64,000 nt of DNA. Source: an uncultured bacterium (GTDB lineage: Bacteria; Zhuqueibacterota; QNDG01; DTFT01). This document shows positions 37,711 through 48,053 of the stretch, one piece after another (position 1 is the first letter of the stretch; every line of letters starts with the position of its first letter). Position numbers and translations under genes: made by a program. The stretch lies in NCBI GenBank assembly GCA_963736115.1, contig CAVTNR010000008.1:64001-128000 (forward strand), read 5' to 3'. The notes under the pieces are model-generated. The model was not told where the DNA came from. It made no database searches and saw nothing but the letters and a program-made list of their open reading frames with translations.

Positions 37711-39978
37711 ATGAAGAAAACTGTGATCATGACCGCTGCGGCCGTGCTGGCCGCATTCGCATGCGGGTGCGGCCGGAAGGCCCCTGTCCGGATCGATCTC
37801 GTGGACGGGTGGAAATTCAGCGCCGGCGACAGTCTACTCTGGGCTTCTCCCGAATTCGACGATTCCGGGTGGAAGCCGATCCGGCCGGACCGGCTTTGGG
37901 AGGAGCAGGGCTGGACGGGCTATGACGGGTTCGGCTGGTACCGCGTGCGGTTCTTCCTGCCCGGTTCCCTGAAGGCATCGGCGTTTTTCCGGGACAGCGT
38001 GGAGGTCGTCCTGGGCCGGATCGACGATACGGACCAGGCCTTCTTGAACGGCCGCCTCATCGGGCAGAACGCGGCGCTGATGCCGGACGTGCCGCCCGGG
38101 CCGTTCACAGGCAGCCGGCAATCCTATGCCTGGGTCCGCCGGTACGCCCTGGCCGCGGAAGATCCGCGCCTGTTCTGGGACCGGACCAACACGCTGGCCG
38201 TCCGCGTCCACGACCACGGCGGGGGAGGGGGATTGTATTCCGGGATTCCCGCCGTTCGGGTAAGAGCGCTTACCGATTTCGTTCTGATAGACGACAGCGG
38301 GTCGCCTTTTGAACCGACGGAGAAGGGCGGTTTACGGAAGACGGTTTTCCTCAGCAATCTCTCGCCGGACCTGCGGTTCGCCGGGACGATCGATATCCGG
38401 GTCGAGCAGTCCGAACCGCGAAAGGTCCTGTTCCACGGCACGAAGCAGGCGGTTCTCGATCCCCTTGCCGGTTTCTCGCAGAGCTTCGTCTTCGACGCTC
38501 CTTCCGGGACGCCCGCAGCCGTGACCGTGGCTTTCCGGGATGACGCCTCCGGCCAGTCCGTGATCCGCCGGTCCGAAGTGCCGTACATCCTCACGCCGCT
38601 GCCGCCGGATGAACCCCGCATCAACGGCGCGGGGATTTACGGGCAGCGACCCGGACGGCCCTTCCTTTACCGCATCGCGGCGACCGGCCTCAGGCCCATG
38701 ACCTTCGACGCGGACGGGCTCCCGGAAGGATTAACAATAGCCCGGGATTCCGGAATCATCCGCGGCCGGGTTTCGGCTGAAGGCACTCATGTCGTCCGGT
38801 TGCGCGCGAGGAATGCCCTGGGCGAGGCTTCCCGGCCCATCAAAATCGTCATCGGCGACCGCATCCAGCTGACTCCGCCCATGGGATGGAATTCCTGGAA
38901 CTGCTGGGGCCTTGCAGTGGATGATGAGAAGGTCCGCGCAGCGGCCGACCGGTTCATTGACACCGGACTGGCCGACCATGGATGGACTTATGTGAACATC
39001 GACGACGGCTGGGAAAGGGAGGCGCGCCTGCCGGACGGCGGCATCACGGCCAACCGAAAATTCCCCGGCATGAAAAAGACGGCGGATTACGTCCATGACC
39101 AGGGGCTGAAAATCGGCATTTATTCCTCGCCCGGACCGTTGACCTGCGGCGGCTATCTCGGAAGCTGGGGGCACGAGGAACAGGACGCCCGGACCTGGGC
39201 GGCATGGGGGATCGATTACCTGAAATACGACTGGTGCTCCTACGGCACGCTGGCGAAGGACGACGGCCGCGAGGAGCTCATGAAGCCGTACCGGGTGATG
39301 CGCCGCGCCTTGGACCGCCTCGATCGGGACATTGTGTTCAGCCTCTGCCAGTACGGCATGGGAAACGTCTGGGAGTGGGGTGACGAAGTCGGGGGCAATC
39401 TCTGGCGCACGACCGGGGACATCACAGACACGTGGAAGAGTATGTCCGGGATCGGGTTCAGCCAGACCGTTCAGGGGCCGTTCGCCGGATCCGGCAGATG
39501 GAACGATCCGGACATGCTGGTGGTGGGCTGGGTCGGCTGGGGACCTGCCGTCCGCCCGACGGGGCTGACCGCGAGCGAGCAGTACACGCACATCAGCCTG
39601 TGGTGCCTGCTGTCCGCTCCCCTCCTGCTGGGATGCGACCTGACCCGGCTCGACGCGTTCACTCTGAACCTGCTCACCAACGACGAAGTGCTGGCGGTGA
39701 ATCAGGATCCCCTGGGCCGCCAGGCCGGCCGTATTTCGGATTCGGATTCCATCCAGGTTTGGGCCAAGCCGTTGGAGGACGGATCCTTCGCGGTCGGCTT
39801 GTTCAATCTCAGCCTTCGGGATCGCAAGGGTTCGGTTTCGTGGGACCAGTTGTCTGTTCGAGGAACCCAGCGGGTCCGGGATCTCTGGAGACAGAAGGAC
39901 CTCGGGTTGCATGCCAAAGGATTCAAGACGGGAATACCCGGACACGGCGTCGTCCTGATCCGGATTGCGGGCGCGTGA
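37711..39978 (+). CDS. GH27 alpha-galactosidase lipoprotein with N-terminal sugar-binding and putative Ig domains
   Basis: TPPMGWNSWN, NIDDGW, GIDYLKYDWC, WRTTGDI, WNDPDML. Confidence 0.93.
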   Translation: MKKTVIMTAAAVLAAFACGCGRKAPVRIDLVDGWKFSAGDSLLWASPEFDDSGWKPIRPDRLWEEQGWTGYDGFGWYRVRFFLPGSLKASAFFRDSVEVVLGRIDDTDQAFLNGRLIGQNAALMPDVPPGPFTGSRQSYAWVRRYALAAEDPRLFWDRTNTLAVRVHDHGGGGGLYSGIPAVRVRALTDFVLIDDSGSPFEPTEKGGLRKTVFLSNLSPDLRFAGTIDIRVEQSEPRKVLFHGTKQAVLDPLAGFSQSFVFDAPSGTPAAVTVAFRDDASGQSVIRRSEVPYILTPLPPDEPRINGAGIYGQRPGRPFLYRIAATGLRPMTFDADGLPEGLTIARDSGIIRGRVSAEGTHVVRLRARNALGEASRPIKIVIGDRIQLTPPMGWNSWNCWGLAVDDEKVRAAADRFIDTGLADHGWTYVNIDDGWEREARLPDGGITANRKFPGMKKTADYVHDQGLKIGIYSSPGPLTCGGYLGSWGHEEQDARTWAAWGIDYLKYDWCSYGTLAKDDGREELMKPYRVMRRALDRLDRDIVFSLCQYGMGNVWEWGDEVGGNLWRTTGDITDTWKSMSGIGFSQTVQGPFAGSGRWNDPDMLVVGWVGWGPAVRPTGLTASEQYTHISLWCLLSAPLLLGCDLTRLDAFTLNLLTNDEVLAVNQDPLGRQAGRISDSDSIQVWAKPLEDGSFAVGLFNLSLRDRKGSVSWDQLSVRGTQRVRDLWRQKDLGLHAKGFKTGIPGHGVVLIRIAGA

Positions 39979-40136
39979 AAATTCCTTGCAATATTAAAAG
40001 AATGCGGACTTTGAGGCGCGGTAGGCATGTGTTATAATTTCAAGGTCTTACGTGCCGGGACAAGTGTATTGCCGTTGACTGAGGCATGCCATTTGCACGG
40101 ATTACAATACACTAAAATTAAGAAATAATCAGAAGG

Positions 40137-40529
40137 ATGCATTTGAACACGGACCATAAAAAAACTCCCTTTAAAACATGCCCCGTCTGTAAGGCTGTTT
40201 GGGATAGTCGGGATGATTTCATCTCCGACCCCGACATCAAAGTCGGCGGGTATCAGGTAAATTTCGATAACTGCCGGCTCGGCTTTTTCCTCTTCAATCA
40301 CATGACGTGCAGGAATACGCTGGGCGTGAAAGCCTCCGATTTCCTGGACCTGCACGACGGTCCGGTTTACGAGAAACAGCTCGTCGGTACCGGGGAGTGC
40401 CCGGGCTACTGCCTGCATCAGAGCGAACTACGGCCCTGCCCGGCCAAATGCGAATGCGCTTTCGTGCGCGACGTTCTGGACCGGCTGACGCGTTGGCCGA
40501 AATCGGTGCGTCCGTCCTCTCCGACTTAA
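40137..40529 (+). CDS. Small Cys-rich hypothetical protein
   Basis: CPVC, HMTC, CPGYCLH, CPAKCEC; AGAAGG RBS; terminator directly after. Confidence 0.7.
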   Translation: MHLNTDHKKTPFKTCPVCKAVWDSRDDFISDPDIKVGGYQVNFDNCRLGFFLFNHMTCRNTLGVKASDFLDLHDGPVYEKQLVGTGECPGYCLHQSELRPCPAKCECAFVRDVLDRLTRWPKSVRPSSPT

Positions 40530-40531
40530 TG

Positions 40532-40560
40532 AAAAAGGCCCGCTCTAGCCGGGCCTTTTT
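40532..40560. terminator. Bidirectional intrinsic terminator
   Basis: AAAAAGGCCCG..CGGGCCTTTTT between convergent genes. Confidence 0.75.
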
Positions 40561-40658
40561 CATTTTAGTTCAACGCAAGGGCTCCTGCCACTGCGAAATC
40601 TGAAATCCGCCGGTTCCGAATCCCTGCGCAGAGGCGGGAACTTCTGTGCGGAAAAAAA

Positions 40659-42146
40659 CTATTTGGAGTCCGCCCGCCGCATATCCGAATCGATTTTCTC
40701 CCGGACCCTGTCCGCGCCGCCCGTTACTCCCGGCTTCGCCGTCGACCCGGCGTTGAATTCCGCGACATCCCACCAATCGCCCGTCGTCTCGAATCGGTGC
40801 GGCCCGTAAAAGACGGGCGGCCGCCCCTCGATCTGCACCTGGACCGTCGCGTCCGAGGTGACGTCCCGGTCCAGGCTGTAGCATTTGACCTTCACCGTGT
40901 ACCGGCCCGAAGTGGCGGTCGTGGACGTGAAGGTCTCCGGCCCGAAACCCTCCTGGTCGTCGATATCCAGATATCCGTCGGAAATCGATTTGTTGCTGAA
41001 ATAGGATTCCTCGCCCGCCGGATTCCAGACGTGCAGGTCCAGGTCCGAAGTCGGCGTGTTCCAGGTCAGGGTGATCTCGATGTCGGGCGCCGCGAAATCG
41101 CCGAACACGACGAGTTCCGCGCTTTCACCCGTATTGCCGGCCGCGCTGTTGGCGCGCAGGCGGATCCGGTTCGGCCCGGACGTGATCGAGAGCGTTTCGC
41201 TGAAGGATCCGGACGACACCGTGATCTCCCGTTCAACCCCGTTGAGGGTCAGCACGGCCTTGTCGCCTGTGAAAGGCGACCGGCTGCCTGCGGCTTCCGC
41301 GAGTTCAATCATGCCCGCCAGCTGAATCACGTTGTCCGTGAAACGCGCGCTGTCCGCGGGCTGGGAGAAGGTGAATACCGGCAGGGGCCATGATGGACTG
41401 CTCAGGTCGGCGTCGATCGTGTCCGATTCGCCCGCCGCCAGATCAAATTCGACCGAGAATTCATTGTATCCGGGCAGGTACAATCTCACCGCATGGTGGC
41501 CGATGGGGACGGGGCTCACCACGGCGGGCGTGACCGCGTTCATGTTCGTGCCGTCCAGGTAGATCGAGGCGCCCGCGGGGTTCGACCGGACAGTCACGGA
41601 TCCGGGGGCCATCCCGGCTTCCCAAAGGTTGATCGGTATGGTCACCTCGTGAACGTGTTCCTCGCCGCCCATGGCGCCGGTTTCTCCCGCGTACCGGATC
41701 GTGTCGCGGCTGATGAACGCCACCACAATCAGGTTCAGGCCGATCACGCCGGAAACGGTTCCCTCCGCCCGGTCGCCGCGTATCTCGAGATTCCGGTCGG
41801 TGACCAGGGGCAGGATGGACGAATAAAAGCGTTTCCATTCAGCCCAGGAAACGGTCTGTTCGAAATCGTTCCGCTGACGGAGCTCGGTGTACCGCTGGCC
41901 CTTGGGAGAGCCCGCGAATTCGTTCCACGACCCGTAATTCGAGATGTCGAGAACCATTACGCGTACCTGTTCGATCGCGGAGGCGCGGGCTTTTTTCGCC
42001 GCGGATCCGTCCTGCCCGAGCCAGACGAAAACAGGCCGGATCCGGAAAGCGGCGGCTCCGTCCGGAGCATTCGGAGCGCGGCGTCCGCAGGCGAGGCAGG
42101 CCACGGCCGCGATCGTCAGCATCCAGAAACGTCCACGGTTCTTCAT
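40659..42146 (-). CDS. Lipoprotein with PEGA, Ig-like and YfaP/DUF2135-like domains
   Basis: Lipobox CLAC; VRSNPAGASIYLDG..TP (PEGA); ITLTWNTPTSDLDLHVWNP..LDIDDQEGFGPET. Confidence 0.8.
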   Translation of the reverse strand: MKNRGRFWMLTIAAVACLACGRRAPNAPDGAAAFRIRPVFVWLGQDGSAAKKARASAIEQVRVMVLDISNYGSWNEFAGSPKGQRYTELRQRNDFEQTVSWAEWKRFYSSILPLVTDRNLEIRGDRAEGTVSGVIGLNLIVVAFISRDTIRYAGETGAMGGEEHVHEVTIPINLWEAGMAPGSVTVRSNPAGASIYLDGTNMNAVTPAVVSPVPIGHHAVRLYLPGYNEFSVEFDLAAGESDTIDADLSSPSWPLPVFTFSQPADSARFTDNVIQLAGMIELAEAAGSRSPFTGDKAVLTLNGVEREITVSSGSFSETLSITSGPNRIRLRANSAAGNTGESAELVVFGDFAAPDIEITLTWNTPTSDLDLHVWNPAGEESYFSNKSISDGYLDIDDQEGFGPETFTSTTATSGRYTVKVKCYSLDRDVTSDATVQVQIEGRPPVFYGPHRFETTGDWWDVAEFNAGSTAKPGVTGGADRVREKIDSDMRRADSK

Positions 42147-43303
42147 CGTGACGACTCCTTCGGCCTTCGTCCCCTGCCGGTCATCGTGATTTCCGCGGTT
42201 CCGCCGATCGAAAGTCCGGTCGCGCCGACATGTTCGTCTCCGGCGTGCAGTGTGCCCTTCTCCCAGCGGGCCTCGAAGTCCAGAACCGCCCGACGGGAGA
42301 CCGGCGTGCGGATGCCCCCTCCGATTCCGACTAGACTGGCGCCTCCGGTCCCGTCGTCGTTGTCCGAAAAACGGCGGATGGAGGCGACGGCGCGCCACGC
42401 GAACGACGGGCTCACGGTCCGTCCGGCGGTGCCGGTGATCTCGAACTGGTTGACGTTCCGGTTTTTCCGCTCCAGGTCGTAGGATTCGCCGGCCCCGGAT
42501 TTGTTTTTCCCCTTCACCCGGTCCCGGACGCACAGTCTCACGTCGTACGGGCCGGCCCGGAAATCCGACCGGATCTGCAGCAGAAGACGTGTTCCCGGCC
42601 GGAAAACCCTCTCCCCTCCCCAGGTGTCGTCGCCGTACAGGGAAAGCATCGCGTCGCCGGTGAGGCGCATCTCTTTTCCCAGTACGATCGCCTCCTTTTC
42701 CGCTCCGGCCGAGACCGACACTTCCCCGCCCGGGTCGTAGGATTCGTCCACGTCCTTGAACGGCTTGTATCCGCCCTTCATCAGGCCGCACACGCCTACG
42801 CCGATAATCCACCCGTTCCATTCGGCGGCTCCGGCGGCTCCGATCTGAACGTCCGCCCCCTGGCCCAGGGTGGGGTATCGGAAGTTGAAGGCGGGCATGG
42901 CCAGAACCGACGTGACGGCGTACTCCTCGGTATTCAGGCCGCTTTTACCGGAGGGAAGGTTGACGCCGAACGTCAGGAGAATGCGATCTCTCCAGGTGAG
43001 CCAGTGACCGCCCAGTTTCATGTCCGACATTCCGGTGAGGCCGTAGTCCGCGACTGCTTTGAGAGCCCCGGATACGATCGGGGAAGACGCGGCATAAAGT
43101 CCGGCCTTCGGCCCGAGAGGGTAAAGGAAGGTCACCGGAAACGAAATTTCGGATGCGCGGTTGTCCCCCGCGCGCCACGCCTGGTAGGAGAACCCCCCTG
43201 CGGCGAGCCGTTCCGTTTGGAGCCTGTCAATCGTTGTCTGACCGAAAGCCGCGGCCGCCCATATCAGCACCGCGCACCCGGTGACACGTGCCCGTCGTTT
43301 CAT
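42143..43303 (-). CDS. Putative outer-membrane beta-barrel protein
   Basis: Signal peptide; alternating amphipathic strands; GMSDMKL and GVNLPSGK motifs as seen in MetA-pathway-like barrels. Confidence 0.6.
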   Translation of the reverse strand: MKRRARVTGCAVLIWAAAAFGQTTIDRLQTERLAAGGFSYQAWRAGDNRASEISFPVTFLYPLGPKAGLYAASSPIVSGALKAVADYGLTGMSDMKLGGHWLTWRDRILLTFGVNLPSGKSGLNTEEYAVTSVLAMPAFNFRYPTLGQGADVQIGAAGAAEWNGWIIGVGVCGLMKGGYKPFKDVDESYDPGGEVSVSAGAEKEAIVLGKEMRLTGDAMLSLYGDDTWGGERVFRPGTRLLLQIRSDFRAGPYDVRLCVRDRVKGKNKSGAGESYDLERKNRNVNQFEITGTAGRTVSPSFAWRAVASIRRFSDNDDGTGGASLVGIGGGIRTPVSRRAVLDFEARWEKGTLHAGDEHVGATGLSIGGTAEITMTGRGRRPKESSR

Positions 43304-43317
43304 GGCGGATCCCTCCC

Positions 43318-44808
43318 TCATTCCGGCGGCAGCGGGATGCTGAGTTCGAAACTGGCGCTGTTGCCGAAGGCCGGCTGCTCCTGCTCCTGGGTCGGCTTGC
43401 GCTGGTCCACGCCCGGCAGGAATCCCCGGTCGAGGAGATCCGCCGTGTCGAACATCCGGTCCACCCACGGCGCGGCCGGTGGAAGAGTCGGAGCGGACGG
43501 CCCCGGCCCGTTGCCGGACCCGGTTCCATTCCCTGCAGTCCGGGCCGCCGGAGGCGAGGATTTCGTTTCCTTCGCGGTTTTCTCCGTTGTTTCCAGCTCC
43601 GTTCCAGCCCCGGCGGTTCGGGTTTCGGCCTCGGGGCCGGTTTCGTCCCCTGGCGACCGGAAACTTCTCTCCAGATCCGCGACCGGAGTCATGGAAACGG
43701 TCAGACGGTCGGCCCGGTCGATTCCCTCCGACGCAGGTCCGTAGCCCGGATCGAGTTCCGCCGCTTTCCGGAATTCCTTTCCGGCGTCCAAATACATCCC
43801 GCGGTCCTCAAAATCGAGGCCGCGGCAATAGGCGAGGAAAGCGAGAAAGTTTTCCGTGGCCACGGGCGCGATGGCGTCGCGTTCCGCCTGGGTCGGCTGT
43901 ATGCCCAGCCGGTCCAGGACGGAGAAAACCAGGTCCTTCTCGAGATTGAAGAACGCCTTCCATTTCCCCTGCACCCGGCTGGACACGGCGGCCCTGTCCT
44001 TTTCGACGGTCACGCATCCGGCGTCCAGTCGGACCGTCTCTTTCGCGAGATCCAGGAAAGATCCCTGGATCAGCCGGGAGGCGCCCAGCAGGCGTCCCAC
44101 CCTGGGCGCTGACCCCTCCGCCACCATGCCTGAAGCGCCCAGACCCAGCTCCTCGAGCATTTTCTGCATGCGGATCCGTTCGACCACGGTCAGGGCCTTC
44201 ACCTTCGACAGGTCGGTGATCATCATGTCGGCAAGCCCCTTGCGGACGGGATCCAGATCGCGCCTTTTGCCGAGGTTCCTGAAGTACAGCACGGCGACGC
44301 CGCTGTCGGACAGCGCGGCGGCTTCGATCGACGATTCCGAGGCCAGGGCGGCTTTCGCCTCCTCCTGCATCCGAATTCGGATCAGGCGCGTCAGCCTCGC
44401 CTCGAGAAGCCCGGACATCCGTCCGCCCCGGTCCATTTCCGTGTAGCGGCGGTAGATGTCTATCGCGTGGGGATAGTCTTTCAGGGTTTCGTACAGCGTG
44501 CCGAGGTAGAAGAGGGTGCGGCCGTCCGTGGAATCCGAGACGAAGGATTCGAGCAGAAACCTGCGGGCGTTCTGGAAGTCGGGTTTACGGTAATACGCGA
44601 TGCCCAGGTCCCGGCAGACTTCGGCGTTTCCGGGGTCCTCCGCACGCGCGGTTTCGAGCCATCGAACGGCTTCTTCGAACCGGTCCTGTTTCAGGAAATC
44701 CGCACCCCGGCGGTGGGCGTTGGAAGCGGCGCAGTTTGCGAGCAGTAGCGCGATGCCGGTGACGGTAAGGATCAGGACGGAAAGGCGGATTCCATTTCGA
44801 GCGGTCAT
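43318..44808 (-). CDS. TPR lipoprotein with CsgG/HfaB/FlgO-like domain
   Basis: Lipobox LANC; TPR units; VAVLYFRN..GLADMMITDL..LTVVER..RVGRLLGA..IQGS. Confidence 0.82.
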   Translation of the reverse strand: MTARNGIRLSVLILTVTGIALLLANCAASNAHRRGADFLKQDRFEEAVRWLETARAEDPGNAEVCRDLGIAYYRKPDFQNARRFLLESFVSDSTDGRTLFYLGTLYETLKDYPHAIDIYRRYTEMDRGGRMSGLLEARLTRLIRIRMQEEAKAALASESSIEAAALSDSGVAVLYFRNLGKRRDLDPVRKGLADMMITDLSKVKALTVVERIRMQKMLEELGLGASGMVAEGSAPRVGRLLGASRLIQGSFLDLAKETVRLDAGCVTVEKDRAAVSSRVQGKWKAFFNLEKDLVFSVLDRLGIQPTQAERDAIAPVATENFLAFLAYCRGLDFEDRGMYLDAGKEFRKAAELDPGYGPASEGIDRADRLTVSMTPVADLERSFRSPGDETGPEAETRTAGAGTELETTEKTAKETKSSPPAARTAGNGTGSGNGPGPSAPTLPPAAPWVDRMFDTADLLDRGFLPGVDQRKPTQEQEQPAFGNSASFELSIPLPPE

Positions 44809-44995
44809 GCCTCCTCCCTTTGAACGCAGGTAATCCGTCAATATACGAAAACGGAGGTTCAAACCAAAGCCGGAAAAATGCGGCGGCCGATGGCGTTCAT
44901 TCGACCGACCCTTTTTTCACATTGCCCATGCGGCTGAAAATCGTTATATTTTCATTATTCCTTTCGTCCATTCCCACAAAACCGGAGGTTCTCCC

Positions 44996-47035
44996 ATGCG
45001 CCCGCAAATCCGAATCGGAATTCTGATCGCCTGTATCGCGGCCCTGCACTGCGGGCCCCGGTCCGGGGACGGCGCGGGCCCGGTCCGTCCGGAATCCCTG
45101 AAACAGAGAAATGAACGCATGGCCTGGTGGCGGGAGGCGCGCTTCGGCCTCTTCATCCACTGGGGCGTGTATTCCGTCCCCGCGGGCATATACCGGGGCC
45201 GGCCCGTGGACGGCATCGGCGAATGGATCATGAACAACGCCCATATTCCATGCGCCGAATACCGGCAGTACGCGAAACAGTTCAATCCGGTCCGGTACGA
45301 CCCGGACGCCTGGGTCCGGCTGGCGAAAGAGGCGGGGATGAAATACATCATCATCACCTCCAAGCACCACGACGGATTCGCCCTGTTCGATTCGAAGGTG
45401 ACCGAATGGGATGTGGTCGATGCCACGCCCTACGGAAAGGACCTTCTGAAACCGCTGGCTGAAGCCTGCCAAAGGCACGGCCTGCGGCTCGGGTTCTATT
45501 ATTCGCAGGCTCAGGACTGGAACCATGCCGGCGGATCCGCCATCGGCGGGCATTGGGACAAGGCGCAGGACGGCGACATGGACGCGTATATCCGGAACAT
45601 CGCGGCCCCGCAGGTGCGGGAGATACTTTCCAATTACGGCCCGGTGTCCGTGCTCTGGTGGGACACGCCTGAGGGCATGACCAAGGAAAGGGCGGATACG
45701 CTCCTGCCCCTGCTCGATCTCCAGCCCGGCATCATCTGGAACAACCGGCTGGGCGGCGGATACGAGGGGGATTCGGAAACACCCGAGCAGTTCATCCCAG
45801 CGACAGGATTTCCCGGCCGTGACTGGGAAACCTGCATGACCATGAATGACACCTGGGGATTCAAGAGCACGGATCGCAACTGGAAGAGCGGCCGGACACT
45901 GGTCCGGAACCTGGTCGATGCCGCGTCCAAAGGCGGCAACTATCTGCTGAATGTCGGTCCGACATCCGAGGGTTTGATACCCGAACCTTCCGTCGAGAGA
46001 TTAAAAGCCATCGGCAAGTGGATGCGGGTCAACAGCGAGTCCATTTACGGCACGCAGGCGAGCCCCTTCCTGTTTCTTTCGTGGGGACGGTGCACGCAGA
46101 AATCGGTACCCGGCGGAACCCGCCTCTACCTGCACGTGTTCGACTGGCCCGCGGACGGAAAACTGACCGTGCCGGGCATCGCCAACCGGCCGAAGCAGGC
46201 GTACCTACTGTCCGATTCCGTCAGGACGGCCCTGCCTGTCGAACGGGAGGAGGACGGGCTCGTTGTGACTCTCCCGTCCGCCGCGCCGGAACCGGACGTT
46301 TCCGTCGTGGTTCTGGATGTTCATGGGAAGCCCGAAGTGGTCTATCCGCCGGGCCTCGTTTCGGAATTCGGATCCTTCACAGATTCCATGGACGTGTCGA
46401 TCGCGCCTATCGGCCGGCGTCTCGATGTCCGATATACACTGGACGGGAGCGCGCCCTCCGCTTCCTCAGCGAAAGTGAAAGGCCCGATACGGTTACGGGA
46501 AACCACGACGGTTTCGGCGCGCGTCTTCAAGGCCGGCCGGCCGGCGAGCGGCGTGACCCGAAGTACCTTCGAAAAAGTCGCGCCAGTGCCGGCCGTGCAG
46601 CGGACCGGCGAGGCGCCGGGTCTGGCTGTTACCTGTTATGAGGGCGACTGGTCCGTACTGCCGGATTTCCGAAAAATCAAACCGGTTCGGCGCGGCACCA
46701 GCGCGGATTTCGACATCACCGGCAGGAAGACAGACGATAAATTCGGATTCGTGTTCGAGGGACTCGTCCGAGCGCCGAAAACCGGGCTGTACGCGTTTTT
46801 CACGGAATCGGACGACGGCAGCCGCCTGCTGATCGGCGGCAGGCCCGTTGTCGAGAACGACGGCCTGCACGGCATGGAGGAGAGACGGGGGGAGATCCCC
46901 CTGGAGGCCGGACTGCATCCGATACGCGTGGAGTTTTTCGAGAAAACGGGCGGCGAGGGCCTGGTCGTGTCCTGGCTTGGGCCGGGCGTGCCAAAGCAGA
47001 AGATTCCGGCGGAGGCGCTGTTTCGGGGGCGGTGA
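44996..47035 (+). CDS. GH29 alpha-L-fucosidase with FN3-like and PA14 domains
   Basis: RFGLFIHWG, TSKHHDGF, LWWD, WETCMT, GGNYLLNVGP; YTLDGSAP; ESDDGSRL..NDGLHG. Confidence 0.93.
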   Translation: MRPQIRIGILIACIAALHCGPRSGDGAGPVRPESLKQRNERMAWWREARFGLFIHWGVYSVPAGIYRGRPVDGIGEWIMNNAHIPCAEYRQYAKQFNPVRYDPDAWVRLAKEAGMKYIIITSKHHDGFALFDSKVTEWDVVDATPYGKDLLKPLAEACQRHGLRLGFYYSQAQDWNHAGGSAIGGHWDKAQDGDMDAYIRNIAAPQVREILSNYGPVSVLWWDTPEGMTKERADTLLPLLDLQPGIIWNNRLGGGYEGDSETPEQFIPATGFPGRDWETCMTMNDTWGFKSTDRNWKSGRTLVRNLVDAASKGGNYLLNVGPTSEGLIPEPSVERLKAIGKWMRVNSESIYGTQASPFLFLSWGRCTQKSVPGGTRLYLHVFDWPADGKLTVPGIANRPKQAYLLSDSVRTALPVEREEDGLVVTLPSAAPEPDVSVVVLDVHGKPEVVYPPGLVSEFGSFTDSMDVSIAPIGRRLDVRYTLDGSAPSASSAKVKGPIRLRETTTVSARVFKAGRPASGVTRSTFEKVAPVPAVQRTGEAPGLAVTCYEGDWSVLPDFRKIKPVRRGTSADFDITGRKTDDKFGFVFEGLVRAPKTGLYAFFTESDDGSRLLIGGRPVVENDGLHGMEERRGEIPLEAGLHPIRVEFFEKTGGEGLVVSWLGPGVPKQKIPAEALFRGR

Positions 47036-47043
47036 AAGGAGGA

Positions 47044-47426
47044 ATGGAACGCGGACCTTCGGCGGATGAGACGGATTTGAACGGATCAGAAATGTGGAAT
47101 AGGATAATTGTTTCAATCAAATGAATGTCATCTTCGCATTATCACAAATGTCATCCCCAGCAAAGCTGGACCAAGCTATTAGATTGATACATCGTTGAAG
47201 GCCCGCATTCTTTTAACGGGGATCCAGGGGACGGGTGCGGGATGGGAAGGAACACGGATCGCGCGGAGGGGCGGATTGGCGCGGATCGAGAATGATCAAT
47301 CGGGTAATGCATTCATTATAATCAATGTCATCCCCGCATTCTTTTAGCGGGGATCCAGGGGAGAGGTGTGGGATGGGAAGGAACGCGGATTGCGCGGATG
47401 GGACGGATTTCTCCGGATCAAGAATG
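47044..47426 (+). repeat. Tandem composite REP-like units; first palindrome interrupted by a 46-bp micro-element (47156-47201)
   Basis: 47147-47295 and 47324-47426 align except for the insert; 47044-47110 resembles 25733-25797. Confidence 0.85.
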
Positions 47427-47495
47427 AAGAATAGAGTGATTCATTGATTTGGTTTCCCGCTGATGACGGGCAATAGCTAACGGGAGGCGACGGAG

Positions 47496-48053
47496 ATGCC
47501 GTCCGAGTGGATCATCGAAGAAGTCGAGGGGCTCTACAGCATCATCCGGCTCAAGGTTCTGCGAAAAACCGAGGGCGTGGATTTCGACATTGTCCCGATT
47601 CTCCAGATGAAAACGATCGCCGCCGTGGACCGGGTCATACACCGGTCCGGCGCGCTATCGCCCGGAAGCACGGCCGGCGTGGCGCGTCCCTGGTACATGC
47701 ACCAGAACCAGGAGGATCACCTGCTGGTCCTGCACGGCGCCAGGACCGTGGAACTCTGGTCCGCCGGGCATCCGGCGCCGGCCCGGTTCCATGTCACAGC
47801 GGAAGGCGTCCGGCGGGAAGGCGGCTCCGCCACGGACGGGCCGGCCATGCTCGCATGGCCGACCGCCGTGTTCCACCGCATTGAGAGCGACCCGGTGACC
47901 GGATCCGCTTCGCTCAATTTCGCGGTCCGTCATTCCGGTTACAGCGTGCTCACCAATTTCAACATATACGATCTGGATCCGGCGAACGGCTCCCATCGGG
48001 TGATCCGCGAAGGCCGCCTGGATCAGCCGGAGGACGTCAACCGGAACAGCTGA
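47496..48053 (+). CDS. Cupin-like hypothetical protein
   Basis: WYMHQNQEDHLLVLHG and WPTAVFHR resemble cupin metal motifs. Confidence 0.7.
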   Translation: MPSEWIIEEVEGLYSIIRLKVLRKTEGVDFDIVPILQMKTIAAVDRVIHRSGALSPGSTAGVARPWYMHQNQEDHLLVLHGARTVELWSAGHPAPARFHVTAEGVRREGGSATDGPAMLAWPTAVFHRIESDPVTGSASLNFAVRHSGYSVLTNFNIYDLDPANGSHRVIREGRLDQPEDVNRNS

